DNA of 63,804 nucleotides, filler included, from Octopus bimaculoides (Eukaryota), in NCBI RefSeq assembly GCF_001194135.2. It is 7 parts of 7 records of this genome, joined end to end, with 100 filler letters (N's around TTAATTAATTAA, not from the genome) between each part and the next. Parts side by side here need not be neighbours in the genome. Positions count along the whole stretch, not along the records: positions 11,588 to 20,385 come from NC_068991.1; positions 20,486 to 37,017 come from NC_068986.1; 5 more parts are not named here. One strand, 5' to 3'. Within the stretch, counting starts at the first letter, position 1. Each line of letters begins with the position of its first letter. The position numbers were made by a program, and so were the translations under genes. Under the pieces are notes generated by a model, which made no database searches, was not told the origin of the DNA, and saw nothing but the letters and a program-made list of their open reading frames with translations. Positions 12,101-27,779 of this stretch are shown piece by piece.

Positions 12101-12733
12101 TCCCCATTTCAATTCTGTTGAATATGACGTGAAACCTAATTCTTGCAGGTGAAATTTCCTTGTAGAGAGTTTCCGCGTATTACTGTTCCAGTTGCAGTTA
12201 TAGTCGATTAAAAAATTGATTAGCTGAGCTAGAACGCTTTTCTTCAATGAACGTTGACCATGTATTCAATAACATTAACTGCATCAACAATCAAAATCTC
12301 AAACAACTTGGCCACCATCATAATCATCATTATTAATACCTTGAAAATGTAAGAGTAGTAAAACTGCTTATCATCGGTGAAACGGCTGTAACCATAGATC
12401 TATTTCGAGCAAAAATACGAATATTATGGTCAGCTAAACTGTTCCGTGCAGGCGTGACTGTGGTAAGAAGCTTGCTTCCAAGTCACACAGTTTCAGGTTC
12501 AGTCTCCCTACGTATTATTTTGGGCAAACACTTTCTACAATGTTTCTGGCCCAATCAAAACCCTGTGAGTAGATTTGTTAAAAGGAACTGAAAGATATAA
12601 TTGTGTTTTGAGAGAGTCATTATACCAATATTGTTAAAACACGCACTGGTTCAATTCCACTCCTTTATTATCACATAACTGGCTAAATATCCAACTAACT
12701 AATCGATTGTTTGTTTAACTCATTAAGTCCCAC

Positions 12734-12810
12734 TGTCTTATAAATAGGACACTAAATGAGAACATTAAATAAGCTACATCGCATTGTCTCAGTGTCCTAT
12801 TTATAGGACA
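12734..12810. repeat. Short inverted repeat (19/20-bp arms, 37-bp spacer), probably a MITE remnant
   Basis: TGTCTTATAAATAGGACACT (12734-53) and AGTGTCCTATTTATAGGACA (12791-12810). Confidence 0.7.
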
Positions 12811-13206
12811 CCGAGTATTTCCATTTCTACTTGAAGTAAAGGAGTTTTAATAATTATTTTTTCATTTTTAACCTATTTTCAATCATCTGTAAAAATTTAG
12901 AAGTAATATTCAGAAATTTAAGTACTCTGAGAATTATTGGGTTAATTTGGTTAAGCAGTCAGTGATATGATTTGTTTTCGCTTGTCACAGTTCTTTCGTT
13001 GATACTTGCGACCTTTTCAATGACTTTTTACTTAATCCGTTACGGATTTATCTGCTTGAGATCTTGTTGCGTGCGTATGTGTGCGTATGTATCCATGCCA
13101 GTGCGAGCATCTGCTTGTGTATGTATGTATGTATGTGCGCGTGCGCGCGTATTTATGCATTCTTCAGCGTATTGATGTTCTGTGTATGCTTGTGTGTTTT
13201 GGTATG

Positions 13207-13237
<31 letters not shown>

Positions 13238-13866
13238 GCATGCGTATGTGTTTGTGTCTGTAGTCTGTTTCCTTGTGCGTGTGTGCTTGACTGTGTCTAT
13301 GCGTATGAATTCGTGTGTATATGTACGCATATACAAATATACATATATATGTATGTGTGTGTCTATGTGTCTTTGTGTCTGTCTTTGTCCTGCACCACCG
13401 CATGACAACCGGTGTTAGTTTGTTTTCCTCCCCGTAACGTAGTGGTTCATCTAAAAATAGCCTCCGATGTAATAGGTACCAGATTTTAATACAAAATAAG
13501 TACTACGAGCGATTTCTTCGCCTAAAACCGTTCAAGGCGCTGGCCCGGCATGGCCACAGTCCAATGACTTAAACAAGTAAAACAATAAAAACCAAATGAT
13601 AACCGTTACCGTTCTCTATGATAGCAACATTGTAATCACCATTTAAATCACAAACACGATTACTCTCGTATTCATTGGTCGTAATCCTGAACATCAGAAA
13701 GTGTATTACAATCTATTTATAAAAAAGTGTATTACAATCTATTTATACAAGTAAATATAATAATTTTATCATAGCAACATTTTGCCATTTTAAGCGGATG
13801 TGGAATTGATTAGCGCATTGTGTCGATATTAAGTTTATGAATGTAAATGTATGCACATCACAATAA

Positions 13867-13914
<48 letters not shown>

Positions 13915-14119
13915 GCACACACAAATACACTATCGTAGAGACACACTCTAACATACATATATACATAAATATATGTGTGTGTGTGTATATATATATATAC
14001 ATATATATATATACATATATATATATACGCATACATGCAAATATATATTCATATATCTGTGTGTATGCGTACATGTGTGCATGTGTACGCATGCGCGCGC
14101 GCGCGCTCGTGTTCAGACA

Positions 14120-14420
14120 CATGGGTCTGCGCTTAGAGAGTTTAGTTTACAACCGTGAGGTTGTCGGTTCAATTTCCAGAATTTGGCTGTTTGTTGTATT
14201 GTTAAGCAAGACTCTTTATTTCATTTTGTTCCAGTTCAATCAGGCATTAAAATTAGTTGCGACGTAACTGGTTTCAAGCTCTATCAGACTTTACCTTTCC
14301 TTTGGATAACATCGGTAGCCTGGAGAGGAGATGATGGTATGCATGAGCGACTGCTTGTCTTCCACAAGCAAACTTGCTCAGACTTGTGCCTCGCAGGGGA
14401 ACTTTCTAGGTGCACTCCTC
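14120..14420 (+). mobile_element. Additional tRNA-headed SINE-like element
   Basis: tRNA-like head GCGCTTAGAGAG..CCGTGAGGTTGTCGGTTCAATTTCC followed by a non-microsatellite body. Family not identified. Confidence 0.45.
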
Positions 14421-14583
14421 TTATCATTCGTAACTGAAGGGTTTTTTTACCCTTATATATATATATATAATCAGAATAAGCAACAAGATATCAAGTAGTG
14501 ATGCAGTACGACCGATTCAAGCGACTCCATTTAACTGAACAATGCAATCGTTACATCAGTTTAGGTGCATATATAATATATGC

Positions 14584-14628
<45 letters not shown>

Positions 14629-15149
14629 NNNNNNNNNNNNNNNNNNNNNNNNNNNNNNNNNNNNNNNNNNNNNNNNNNNNNNNNNNNNNNNNNNNNNNNN
14701 NNNNNNNNNNNNNNNNNNNNNNNNNNNNNNNNNNNNNNNNNNNNNNNNNNNNNNNNNNNNNNNNNNNNNNNNNNNNNNNNNNNNNNNNNNNNNNNNNNNN
14801 NNNNNNNNNNNNNNNNNNNNNNNNNNNNNNNNNNNNNNNNNNNNNNNNNNNNNNNNNNNNNNNNNNNNNNNNNNNNNNNNNNNNNNNNNNNNNNNNNNNN
14901 NNNNNNNNNNNNNNNNNNNNNNNNNNNNNNNNNNNNNNNNNNNNNNNNNNNNNNNNNNNNNNNNNNNNNNNNNNNNNNNNNNNNNNNNNTATATATATAT
15001 ATAATGGCACAAGTGGGGATTAAAATTTACTACAGTTGTTTCGATAGGATTTTATTGATGCATTGATAGTTTACATCATAGCATATATCCACCGCCGTCA
15101 GGGAAAATTCTAAACATTATAAACTTGACCTATTGAACCAACCAACATT

Positions 15150-15290
15150 TGCAGATACGCAGGACATGTCCAAATGCAAGATGATCAAATTCTGAAAATC
15201 TTCTTGTGTGACCAACGTATAGATAGCTTCTGTGTTAAAGGAAGATCGAAGAATAAGTTGAAACCATCACTAAAATCCTTACAGCTTAAT
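15150..15290 (+). mobile_element. Decayed RTE LINE C-terminal fragment
   Basis: RYAGHVQMQDDQILKIFLCDQRIDSFCVKGRSKNKLKPSLKSL resembles the RTE motif RWAGHVxRMxD.RxPK.....GRP.....LK.SLK. Confidence 0.55.
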
Positions 15291-17697
15291 TTAACATCTT
15301 GGGAAAATTATTGCTTAGGATCGATATGAGTGGCGTAAAATGATGATGCATCTAAAAAAAACTTTAGTAGAAGAAACTTAGGAATAAAGGAATATTATCC
15401 TGCAATCAACAGACACATTTGTCCAATCAGAGACAAAATCAAAATCATCATTGTCCCCACTATGACTTCATAATGAAATCCATACATAAACTATAATTAC
15501 TTTCACGCATCTATCGCAAAAAAGATGCAGCTTTTAAACAAATTTTAATCCATTCCTCTCTAGGAACTAGTTGAGTTCTGTGGTGGTTCCCTTAAGATTG
15601 CTGGTCTTGTGCTAAAATTTGAAATTCATTATTAAGGCGGCGAAACGGCAGAAGGATTAGACCTTCGGAAAAACATGCTCTGCACTATTTCTTCCGATTC
15701 ATTACATTCTGCGTTCAAATTCCGCTGTGGATAACTTTGAGTTTAATTTTCTCTAAATCGTTAAAATAAGAATCAGTCGAGCGCTGAAATCGATGTAATC
15801 GCTTATCGCCATCCCCTAAAATTGTTGGTCATGTGCCAAAATTTGAAAGTGTTGTTATTATCTTAATAATATTAATAATAATAATAACAATCTTCATCAA
15901 TGTCATCATCATCATCATCATTATTATTAGTATGCGTATATACATCTGTTACCTACATTTCACCAATGGTGCGTTGTATCATTGTCAGAAACCAGATTTC
16001 AAATAATTAAAAATAAAAAGAAGACATACACATATACTTTCAGTCATACATACATACATACATACATACATACATACATACATGCATACACATACATGCT
16101 TCCATATTTACATTTATACATACATATACGCATAAACATACATACATACGACAGAATCAATACAGCGACGGAGAAAAAGTAAATATGTGAAAGTCTACCG
16201 TTGGTGTATTTAATATTGAGAACGAATTGGCAGAATCGTTAGAGCGATGGACAAAATGCATCGGGGTTATTTGTTCACACTGTCTACCCTCTGAGTTCAA
16301 AACTTACAGAAGGCAATTATTATTATTTTGGAGTCTCTAAAAATTTACTAATCGTGGACGCGGGATTAATGACACAGTTAAAAAGATCGGACGAAATATG
16401 TTTTGCGGTATCATTTCCAGTTCTTCGAGTTCTGGCAGCAACACCTGTGACAATACTAGTGCCGTTTAAGTGATGTCTGTTACGGCAACCGGACATGTAA
16501 GTCCTTAATTTTAATAACAATAAATAAATAAATAATAATAATAATGATAATAATAATAATAATAATTCATTCGTGAGCTAAAATGGATTTAACAATTATC
16601 TGAACCACATTTTTGTTAAACGGACATTTTTTTTTCTTTTGGCTGATTGCACCGAAGCAGAAAATATTCGTTTGGGCTTACAAACAAATATCTCTCTGTA
16701 TGATAAATCTTTTGCCTACATCTTAGCAGTAATAACCGTGCAGTACTCTACGAATATCATATAGAGAAGGCATTTCGTACATTCTTCCATAGATTTCTAT
16801 AGCAATAAATTTTTATGCGGATTTTGATGGCGGAGTTATTCTCAATGAATTTTGTATGTACGTATGTATGTGTGTATGTATGTATGTATGTATTTGTATG
16901 TATGTATGTATGTATGTATGTATGCATGCATGCATGTATGTACGTATGTGTGTTTATGTATTTATGCATGTATCTATGTATGCATGTATGAATCTATATA
17001 TGCATGTATGTATGTATGCATGTATGTATGTATGCATGTATGTATGTATGTATGTATGTATGTATGTATGTATGTGTGTATGTAAGTGTGCATGCATGTA
17101 TATGTATGTATGTATATATGTATGTATATATGAATGTAGCTAGTTAGGTATGTACATATGTTTATGCNNNNNNNNNNNNNNNNNNNNNNNNNNNNNNNNN
17201 NNNNNNNNNNNNNNNNNNNNNNNNNNNNNNNNNNNNNNNNNNNNNNNNNNNNNNNNNNNNNNNNNNNNNNNNNNNNNNNNNNNNNNNNNNNNNNNNNNNN
17301 NNNNNNNNNNNNNNNNNNNNNNNNNNNNNNNNNNNNNNNNNNNNNNNNNNNNNNNNNNNNNNNNNNNNNNNNNNNNNNNNNNNNNNNNNNNNNNNNNNNN
17401 NNNNNNNNNNNNNNNNNNNNNNNNNNNNNNNNNNNNNNNNNNNNNNNNNNNNNNNNNNNNNNNNNNNNNNNNNNNNNNNNNNNNNNNNNNNNNNNNNNNN
17501 NNNNNNNNNNNNNNNNNNNNNNNNNNNNNNNNNNNNNNNNNNNNNNNNNNNNNNNNNNNNNNNNNNNNNNNNNNNNNNNNNNNNNNNNNNNNNNNNNNNN
17601 NNNNNNNNNNNNNNNNNNNNNNNNNNNNNNNNNNNNNNNNNNNNNNNNNNNNNNNNNNNNNNNNNNNNNNNNNNNNNNNNNNNNNNNNNNNNNNNNN

Positions 17698-17730
<33 letters not shown>

Positions 17731-17735
17731 CATAC

Positions 17736-17766
<31 letters not shown>

Positions 17767-18731
17767 GTACGTGTTAAGGGGTGTAAGCATGTATGCCTAT
17801 GCACACGTTTACCAAACACAAAAGAATGGAACATGGTTATTCAGTTATAGATAAGCAATTTGATCGACACACATGCATCTATATATTATAAATACTGTTA
17901 AGCAGTCGGTACAGCTGGTAAAAAAAAAAAGATTATTTTGTCATAAGAAGCTAAGTCGGTGTGGCTAATTTGCTAAATGAAATTAAAGACAAAATAACGT
18001 CGAAAGGGAAAAGAGAGAGACGATCGAATGTCTTTGAATTGTTCCAAGAATTCTTTAATATTTGCCACCCACCCGAATATATATCAACGGAACTACAGAT
18101 GTAATAATCTCACAGGAAAGTCTTTGAGAATCTTTTGAAATTTAATTTTCAAAAAAACGCTTTTAATATAATTAAAAGACAAACGGAACGCCAAGAAGAA
18201 TATTGTGAAGGAAAATTATAATTATTCCCCTTTATTACAACGAGCTCTTGCGTGCATGTGACGTTCGTTGTTCTCACGAAATATCTTGAACAGAGAGTGT
18301 GTGGGTGTGTGTATGAGTGCGTGTCACTGTGATGGGGAAGGCGGTTTTTACCTGAAATATAAAATAAAATTTTAAATATATCTATAAACATGGAATGTAT
18401 AAAGAACATCGGAAAATGTGCTATGTATTTATGACTGAATGCTGCAAGAAAACGTGTGAGAGAGAAAGAGAAGGGGGAGTGAGGAATGGAAAGTGAGAGA
18501 GGGAGAGAGAGTGCGGCTGGGGAGATGGTGGGTAGGACTGAGGGGTGAGGGAAGAAGGAAGAGGAAGAGGTGTATGTGTGTGTATGTGTGTGTGTGTGTG
18601 CAATTGTGTGATATGTGTATGGCAGAGACACATCAATATCCTCATAAGCACATGCATACACGCACACACTTATACATACAGATACAAACGCACTTACACA
18701 CAAACGTACGCATACATACATACGTACGTAC

Positions 18732-18844
<113 letters not shown>

Positions 18845-19063
18845 TACATATACATATATGTGTATCCGTGCGTCTAAATGTATAGACGGACGGACAGACA
18901 GACAGTCAAGTAGGTAGCTAGCTAGCTAGATATTTAGATAGATAGATGCATTGATGGGTTGATGGATAGACAGATACATGTATAATTTGTGTATATGTGT
19001 GTGTATATATACATATGTGTATGTGGTGTATGTGTGTGCGTGTGTGTGTATGTATATATACAT

Positions 19064-19144
<81 letters not shown>

Positions 19145-21848
19145 GGACGGGAGAGAGGGAGAGAAAGAGAGAGTGAAGGATAGATCGATAGAATTATATA
19201 TACCCTTATATGAAAGTATTTGTACGTATATGTATTTGACTAACAGATATTAAATGTTATTATCAACATATAACTTTGTGTGTGTTTGTGTGATTTGTAT
19301 TACCATAGAAATGATGCGAATATATATTTCTCCTTTAATACCTTTTTATTTCTACATATTATATACGTGTGTGTATTTTTATATACATACACGTACGTTA
19401 ATTGCACAAACATATACACGAGTAGAGAGAGAGAGAGAAAAAAGAGGGACTAAGAGAGAGTGTGGGGGTAAGAGAGAGAAAATGAGGGTGTTAGAGGGAA
19501 AATGAAAGCGAGAGAGTATTTGTGTTGCGTATGGGCATGTGTGTGAAACTAAGAACATAAATGACTCTACCGAGATTGTCTTCTCGTTTCCTTCTTATTT
19601 CCAATTAAACAAACTCCATTCCAATAATACTAATTATCTGCTGCAGTAACTTTCCTTCAATCTCGTGTCTATTTCCATTCAAAGTTGCTGTAATCTACTT
19701 TAAATTATTTCGTTATAAATATTGCAAGCGACAGCTGTGAACGGGCTTAACTCATTTTTTTTCCTTTACACCTCTTTACGTTATTAGTTCAACTTTAACC
19801 GATATTACGTTTGCCTTTCATCCCTCCGAAGTAGAGTGGAGTACCCATATACGAACCGTTCTCTAAACGAATAAATTGAATAGTGAATTGGACTTGCATA
19901 ACGAACTAAAATTTCATCAACGAACTACGTGCAGACTTCGCACGAATACAAGTGTCTGGAAGCCCCATTCACTTAGCGATCTGAAATTTCTGCAGCTATG
20001 AGCAGAGACTGTATACCTACCTATATGTTCATGTATTTGCTATTGGTGGATGGACAATTGAAACATAATTTCAAGTTTTTATTTGAAGTTTTGAAGGTGA
20101 CTTGGAATGGATTACCCTTATCTATATGTATTTCAATTATTCATGTAACAAACAAGCTGATTAAAGAACAGGGTCCAGGACATAGTATTCGTATACAGAG
20201 ACCCCATTGTACCGATGCAATCGGCTAAACATTCTTTCTAGAAGTTACTCGCACTGTACTTAATTTAGAGATATTTGTAAAACGGTGTCTGTCAGAGTGT
20301 TTAGCGGTTCGGGGGCGGGGAAATGCGCTGCGATAAATATTTCGGTGATCTTCTATCTTTCATCTTTTTCTTGTTTCAGTCATTGNNNNNNNNNNNNNNN
20401 NNNNNNNNNNNNNNNNNNNNNNNNNNNNNTTAATTAATTAANNNNNNNNNNNNNNNNNNNNNNNNNNNNNNNNNNNNNNNNNNNNATATATACATACACA
20501 CATATATGTATGTGCATATGTGTATGTATGTATATGTGTCTTCTTGTTTTGACATCATCAAATAGTTGTGTGTTGCTGTCATACAAGTCATATCATTTGT
20601 TTTCAGTCTTCCATGAAAACATGTCTGGCTAGGGAAAAGGCATCCAGTTATAAAAAAATTTTGTCTGACCCATGCAAACATGGAAAAGTAGACATTAAAT
20701 GTGATGATGATCATAATGATGACAATGAAGTAATTTCATTAATTGTTGTAATATAGGACTTGTTGTTGGATGCATTCCCTGACATTTAATAGTTTAGCAT
20801 GTGTTCAACAATCTTTCAGATAAGAAATTGGTCATCAGTCACCAGTTAATGGAATCAATAATCTGGTTTCAAAACCTTGTTTGTTACAATATTCTGCTAA
20901 CTTCTGAAAACTTCAAGTTTGTTTTGTGCACATACGTTTGACTGTTTTCAAACTGAGTTAATCATCTAGTTTTTATTTATGCTTGTTTCTGGAATATTTT
21001 GCTGTTTCTCTTCTTTGTAAATCTCAAACTGTGTGCAAATGGGTTTCACTATATTCAAATACCATGCAAAATAATGAGTTTTTAGTGCTTTTATTTTCCC
21101 AAATCTTATTGAAAATTATTAATTTTATCTCAGCAAATTACACAGAAACATCTAGCATCTTGCATAAAGAAGTACACCTTAAACATTAAAATTAAACTTC
21201 TGTGTTTTGCACAGATCTAAATATTACTAAAAGAAAAGAGAATCTTTAACATAATTTTACATATTTGACCCAAGAATTTAAATAAAAGTAACAATTGTAA
21301 AATATATACCATATACAACATATTATTTTTCAAAACTATATTTTTTTCTCTCAAATTATCTGTAAAACAATTTTGCTGATCAATGCAAGCAAAGTTTGGT
21401 TTTATAACAGTAGATCACAACTGAAGTATTGTGAATAGCTGAAGCTATATTCATATTCTTATGGATAATTTTTTCTCCAATATTAAAAAAAAAAAAATGT
21501 TGAATTTATTGATCAGTAATTGACAGGGTTTGTTCCATTTCAAAGAGGAGAAATTTTCCAATTATTGATATTAGGAAAATTTACCCAGTGCAAAATATTC
21601 TCCATCAGACAGTCATTTCCATATTAGAATTTTTTCTGCAAGTATGTGTGATTGTGTATATGGACAAATGTATGTAATTATATACATACACATATAAATA
21701 TATAGATATATATACATGATAATGATGATATACATACATACATACATACATATATATATATATATATGTATATATATATGTATATATACATATATATATG
21801 TATGTATATATATATATACACACACATACATACATATATATATTATTA

Positions 21849-21890
<42 letters not shown>

Positions 21891-22558
21891 TATGGTTAAT
21901 CAAAATCTCCACTAGTAAGACATGTAAAGATATAAAGATATATATAATATAATGTCAATGGTGCTTGTTAAGAATGTAGAAACATGGAACAAACAACAGT
22001 GATGTAGGTGTTGAGTTTGGTATTGGTAGAGAAGTTTGTTTGATGATGCCTTTCATTGTAATGACCAAAAACAAAATATCAACTGATTGCAACATCTCAC
22101 ACACATATACACACCTAAAACTTAACTACTTTACACAGATATATGTGAACAAAATCATAAGAATATATAAACAAATTCTGCTGTGTAGTTATTCACACAG
22201 ATGGCTTTTTCTTCCTTCTGTCATTTGTACATCTAGTACTTATTAATTTCTGCCTGCATGCACATACACACATGTATCTATTTATCAGTCTGTCTATCAG
22301 TTCATACACTTACATATAGTTTGATATATATATATATATACCAAACTATCTATCTATATATATTTATTTATACAACAGTCGCACACACATATAAATGTGG
22401 ATATATATCTTTCATCTCTTGTTTGCAAACCTAAATATCCACATGCTTACACAAACACATATCCATCTACACATACATGCATACATATATACAAGTGTAG
22501 TAACAATGCATCAACAGAAAACAAACACAAACACATTCACACCACATGTGCATACATG

Positions 22559-22615
<57 letters not shown>

Positions 22616-22744
22616 GTTTATATACATATCTACTTATATATATATATAAATATGTGCGTGTATATATATATGTATATATAGACACACACATGTATATATG
22701 TATGTACTATATAAGGATACACTTCTGAGTACAGACACACACAC

Positions 22745-22779
<35 letters not shown>

Positions 22780-22821
22780 CATATCACCCATAATTCTACT
22801 ACTACAACAACAACAACAACA

Positions 22822-22859
<38 letters not shown>

Positions 22860-23129
22860 AGATAAACACATCAATAGAAATGTCAGAGAAACCGCCACCT
22901 TTGGAGTGCTACAAGAGATAATATTGACATTTACATTGAACTATGATTGTCTTTCTTAGTTGTTTTAAATCTTGTTTATTATCACTTTCACTTTCGTCCC
23001 ACCACAGGGGTAAAAGGCCATAGTAAATGTGTTAACTTGTATCTGTTTGTGTGTGAAGATGGAGTTGGGAAACTACAGATTTCAATGAAAGGGTGTGAGA
23101 GGAACAGCAGAGGAGAAACGAAAACATTA

Positions 23130-23486
23130 AAACAATATCTTTTTTATAACTGTTATTTCTTTTATACTTTTATTCTTTCTTTCTTTACTCGTTTCTTCAT
23201 TTTTCTCTGTCTTTCTTTGTCTTACCTTTTCCTTCTTTTTTCTTTCCTACCTCCCTCCTCCCTCTCCTTCCCCCCCACTTCCTTCTTTCCTGTCTCCCAT
23301 CCTTCCTCATTTCTTTTCTACTTTCTTTCCCCCTTCTTTCTTCCTACCTTCCTTCTTTGTTGTTTTCTTTCTTTCTTTCCACTTCTCTCTCTTTCCTCCT
23401 TCCTTTCTTTCTTTTCTTTTTATCTTTCTTTCAGCATTCTTTCCTCATATCCTCTCCACTATCCTTCACTTCTTTCTTTCTTTCTT

Positions 23487-23528
<42 letters not shown>

Positions 23529-23600
23529 GCTTGCTTCCTTCCCATCTGCTCTCCTCATCCCACCCCATCCCACCCCACCATATACTTATCATTTGTATCT
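23130..23600. repeat. Long polypyrimidine (CT-rich) tract with (CTTT)n
   Basis: About 450 bp that is mostly C/T on the plus strand. Confidence 0.85.
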
Positions 23601-24171
23601 ATGTGGCAACTATTTTGTTCATAAATTCTATTAATTACCTAAATCAGACAGACATGTAATTAAAATAATTGTTTCTTTGTTTGTTGATGTTGTTTTACCT
23701 CACGTATATTTGTTTTAACAAGACTATCAGTCTTTCCTAATGTTTAATAATGTTCGTAAAACTGTTGTTGTTGTTGTTGGTGGTAGTGGTGGAGTTATTC
23801 ATGTTTAACACCAGGTCAACCCACATCGAACAGAAATATGATTAAATAATAGCTTCCTAGTTATGACCATCCTGTCATTTTACTTTGGCATGAGATGACT
23901 GATCATGACAGTTTGGGTACTGGCAATTTGGCACAGTTCACTGGACAGAGAACTTGTTTTGGTAACAATACTTTTTGGCATTGGCGGCACACTTTGTCCT
24001 GGCATGTTGTAAGAATTGCATGACGTGTGGGAAGAAGCTTACTTCCTAACCGCTTGGTTCCAAGTTCAGTCCCACTGTATGGCACCTTGAGCAAGTGCCT
24101 TCTGCTATAGCTTGCGAATGGATTTGGTTGACAGAAACTGAAAGGAACCTGTGGCATACATACATATATTT

Positions 24172-24206
<35 letters not shown>

Positions 24207-25536
24207 NNNNNNNNNNNNNNNNNNNNNNNNNNNNNNNNNNNNNNNNNNNNNNNNNNNNNNNNNNNNNNNNNNNNNNNNNNNNNNNNNNNNNNNNNNNNNN
24301 NNNNNNNNNNNNNNNNNNNNNNNNNNNNNNNNNNNNNNNNNNNNNNNNNNNNNNNNNNNNNNNNNNNNNNNNNNNNNNNNNNNNNNNNNNNNNNNNNNNN
24401 NNNNNNNNNNNNNNNNNNNNNNNNNNNNNNNNNNNNNNNNNNNNNNNNNNNNNNNNNNNNNNNNNNNNNNNNNNNNNNNNNNNNNNNNNNNNNNNNNNNN
24501 NNNNNNNNNNNNNNNNNNNNNNNNNNNNNNNNNNNNNNNNNNNNNNNNNNNNNNNNNNNNNNNNNNNNNNNNNNNNNNNNNNNNNNNNNNNNNNNNNNNN
24601 NNNNNNNNNNNNNNNNNNNNNNNNNNNNNNNNNNNNNNNNNNNNNNNNNNNNNNNNNNNNNNNNNNNNNNNNNNNNNNNNNNNNNNNNNNNNNNNNNNNN
24701 NNNNNNNNNNNNNNNNNNNNNNNNNNNNNNNNNNNNNNNNNNNNNNNNNNNNNNNNNNNNNNNNNNNNNNNNNNNNNNNNNNNNNNNNNNNNNNNNNNNN
24801 NNNNNNNNNNNNNNNNNNNNNNNNNNNNNNNNNNNNNNNNNNNNNNNNNNNNNNNNNNNNNNNNNNNNNNNNNNNNNNNNNNNNNNNNNNNNNNNNNNNN
24901 NNNNNNNNNNNNNNNNNNNNNNNNNNNNATATATATATATGTACATATGTATAATTCTATGTGTATGTCTTTGTGTCTGTGTTTGCCATCCCATCACTGC
25001 TTAGCAACCAGTTGTGGTGTGTATACATCCCAGTAACTTAGCAGTTCAGCAAGAAAGACTGATAGAATAAGTACTAGGCTTTAAAAAAATAAGTCCTGGG
25101 CTCTGTTTGTTTGACTAAAACAAGTAAAAGAATAAAAGAATGGAAAGGTTGGTGACTGGTAAAGTATCCGACCATTAAGCTTTGCTTCAGAAAAAAAAAA
25201 ACTTTCCGGCCATGCCTTATGAAAGGGGGAACAGCATTGGACTGAGGTCAACCATGCTGAGGTATTGCTTTTAAGGGTCTTAGTCAATTATATCTAAACC
25301 ACTACTTTTTAATTTAGTCAGATACTTAATTTATCCATCTGTATTTGTTGAATTATTGAGTTATGAGGAATTAAAACAAACAAGTATGAACAACACCAAT
25401 GCCAATGTAAACACAGTAATGAACACAAACACACAAAATACACACACACACATGCACACATCTCTGGCTTATTAGCTCCTGTCAAACTGTCTAGCCCATG
25501 CCAGCATGGAAGTCAGATATTAAATGATGATGATAC

Positions 25537-25594
<58 letters not shown>

Positions 25595-25978
25595 ATAAGA
25601 GTGAAAAAACTACAGAAAGCTTGTGTTACTTGGTTAAAGTATATATGTAATTATGTCAAAAAAATGTTAGAAAAATGTTAGAAAAATGTTAGAAAATCTT
25701 TTTGGTATATAAACATTGTATTTTGAGAAATAACCGGTTTCGTGTTGTCTTTTCAAATTTCTCTATGCACATATATAAGTGTGTGTGGATTTATGTTTAT
25801 AAATATGTATATACATGGCAAGACACTTGCTTCTCAGCCATATGGTTTCAGCTTTCAGTTCCACATGGTTTCAGGTTCAGTTCCACTACATGGCACCTTA
25901 GGCAAGTGTCTTCTAATATATATTGAGTCAACCAAAGCCTTGTCATTGGACTTCGAAGACAGAAACTGGAAAACGCTC

Positions 25979-26032
<54 letters not shown>

Positions 26033-27623
26033 CGTGTGTGTGTGTGTGTGTGTGTGCATGTGTATGTTACCATTTCCTTGCCTTGACTGTGTGATGGCTG
26101 TAAATGAATGCTACAGTCTTGCAAGTGATGTTCTTCATTTCTAGTGTTCTATGAACACATGTCTGGTCATGGGAAATATTCTTTTCTACTCTAGGTACAA
26201 GGCCTGAAATTTTGGGGGAGGAGGCCAGTTGATTAGATTGATCCCAGTATGCAACTGGTACTTAATTTATTGACCCCAAAAGGATGAAACGCAAAGTCGA
26301 CCTCAGCATAATTTGAACTCAGAATGTAAAAACAGACAAAATACCGCTAAGCATTTCACCCGGTGTGCTAATGTTTCTGCCAGCTCACCACCTTGGTCAT
26401 GTGAAATATTAACCTTACATGGAAACAGGTGAGTGTTGGTGACAGAGAGGGCAACTGGTTGTAGAAAATTTGCTTCAACAAATTCCTTCTGACACATGTG
26501 AGCAAAGGAGCAGTAGATGTTAAATGATGATACATATTAGTATGTCTGTGTGTGTTACTGTCTTCTTATTTTGCTTCACAGGATACTTGTATTTGATTGC
26601 AACCATGGTGCCCTTCATTTCCAATCTTCCGTGAAAATATGTCTGATCATGGGAAAATATTAGCTTACTTGCGAGCAAGTGAGGGTTAGCTATAAAAAAT
26701 CTGCCTCTGCAACTTCTGTCCAACCCATACAGGAAAGGAAAAGTGGGCACTAAAATGATGATGTCTATTCATGCTAATGTATAATCTGTTAAGCAGATTA
26801 AATACTCTACTTTACAAACAATCATGAATGCACCTATGTATATGTCAAATTTTCATTCTTTTATTCTTTTCCCTGTTTTAGTTATTTGACTGTGGCCATA
26901 CTGGAGCACCACCTTAAAGGTTTTAGTCGAACAAATTGACCCCTGGATTTATTCTTTTTAAAGCCTAGTAACACTTGTTGTCAAGTGGTGATGGGATGAG
27001 GGAGACAAACACAGACACAAAGACACATACACACACACATAGATACACACACACACACACACACATATATATACATACATACACGACAGGCTTCTTTCCG
27101 TTTCGGTCTACCAAATCCACTCACAAGGCCTTGTCCGAGTTGCCAAGAAGTGGGACTGAACCTGGAACCATATGGTTGGGAAGCAAGATTCTAACCACAC
27201 AGCCTTGACTGTTCCTATTGATGTCATTATTTTAGTTGTATATTTTGGAACAGCATGATTGTTTTAGTAACCTTCTGAAATGTATTTTTTTCATCATAGA
27301 AGGATGCTTTTGTAATTGTCTTATTGAATATTTGCACTGCATTGTCTAATTTGGTAATCTTGAAATTTAGAAAGCAAAACAAAAGAAAAAGGAATCATTT
27401 TTAATGGTGGAACTTGAAGTAGCTAAAACCATGTATAATGGCATATAAGTATTGGTTAAAAGACCCTTTGACATTTTCCATCCAAAGGAATTTTTAACCC
27501 AATACTTACTTGCTACTATTTATTGCTTGTTTTACTTTGGTGTTCCACTGTTAAAATTTATGTATTTCATATCTTTCAAAGTTTCAAAATTCTTGAGAAT
27601 TAAAAGAAAAACTGTCTTCTTAC

Positions 27624-27779
27624 CTCTGTAGAAAACCCCTCGACGAGAATAGCAACAAGGAGATTAAAGAGCACATAATTTCCAAAAGTCATTAGCGCAA
27701 TGAAATAAAGGGATGCCCATGCGGACGTTTTATCCATCCCATTATATAGGACCGTGTTCCAATCTTCTTGTGTAAGAAC
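27624..27779 (-). CDS. CACNA1G: Internal exon of T-type voltage-gated calcium channel alpha-1 (Cav3; CACNA1G/H/I family): domain II pore loop, selectivity filter and S6
   Basis: Acceptor ...tttccacag| and donor |gtaaga flank 156 nt (phase 0-0). It translates to [52 protein letters not shown], nearly identical to vertebrate Cav3.1 [52 protein letters not shown] as recalled. Invertebrates have a single Cav3 gene, so the symbol is family-level. The ORF track missed it. Confidence 0.96.

Noticed and set aside
11659-12132. His/Thr-rich 157-aa ORF and the antisense poly-Asp/Met ORFs
   Set aside because: Degenerate (CAT/CAC)n microsatellite that is open in several frames on both strands, with no splice or domain support.
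27777-27779. Val instead of vertebrate Ile at the start of the Cav3 exon, as a genomically fixed A-to-I edit
   Set aside because: A conservative substitution that may simply be the molluscan state. No evidence without alignments.
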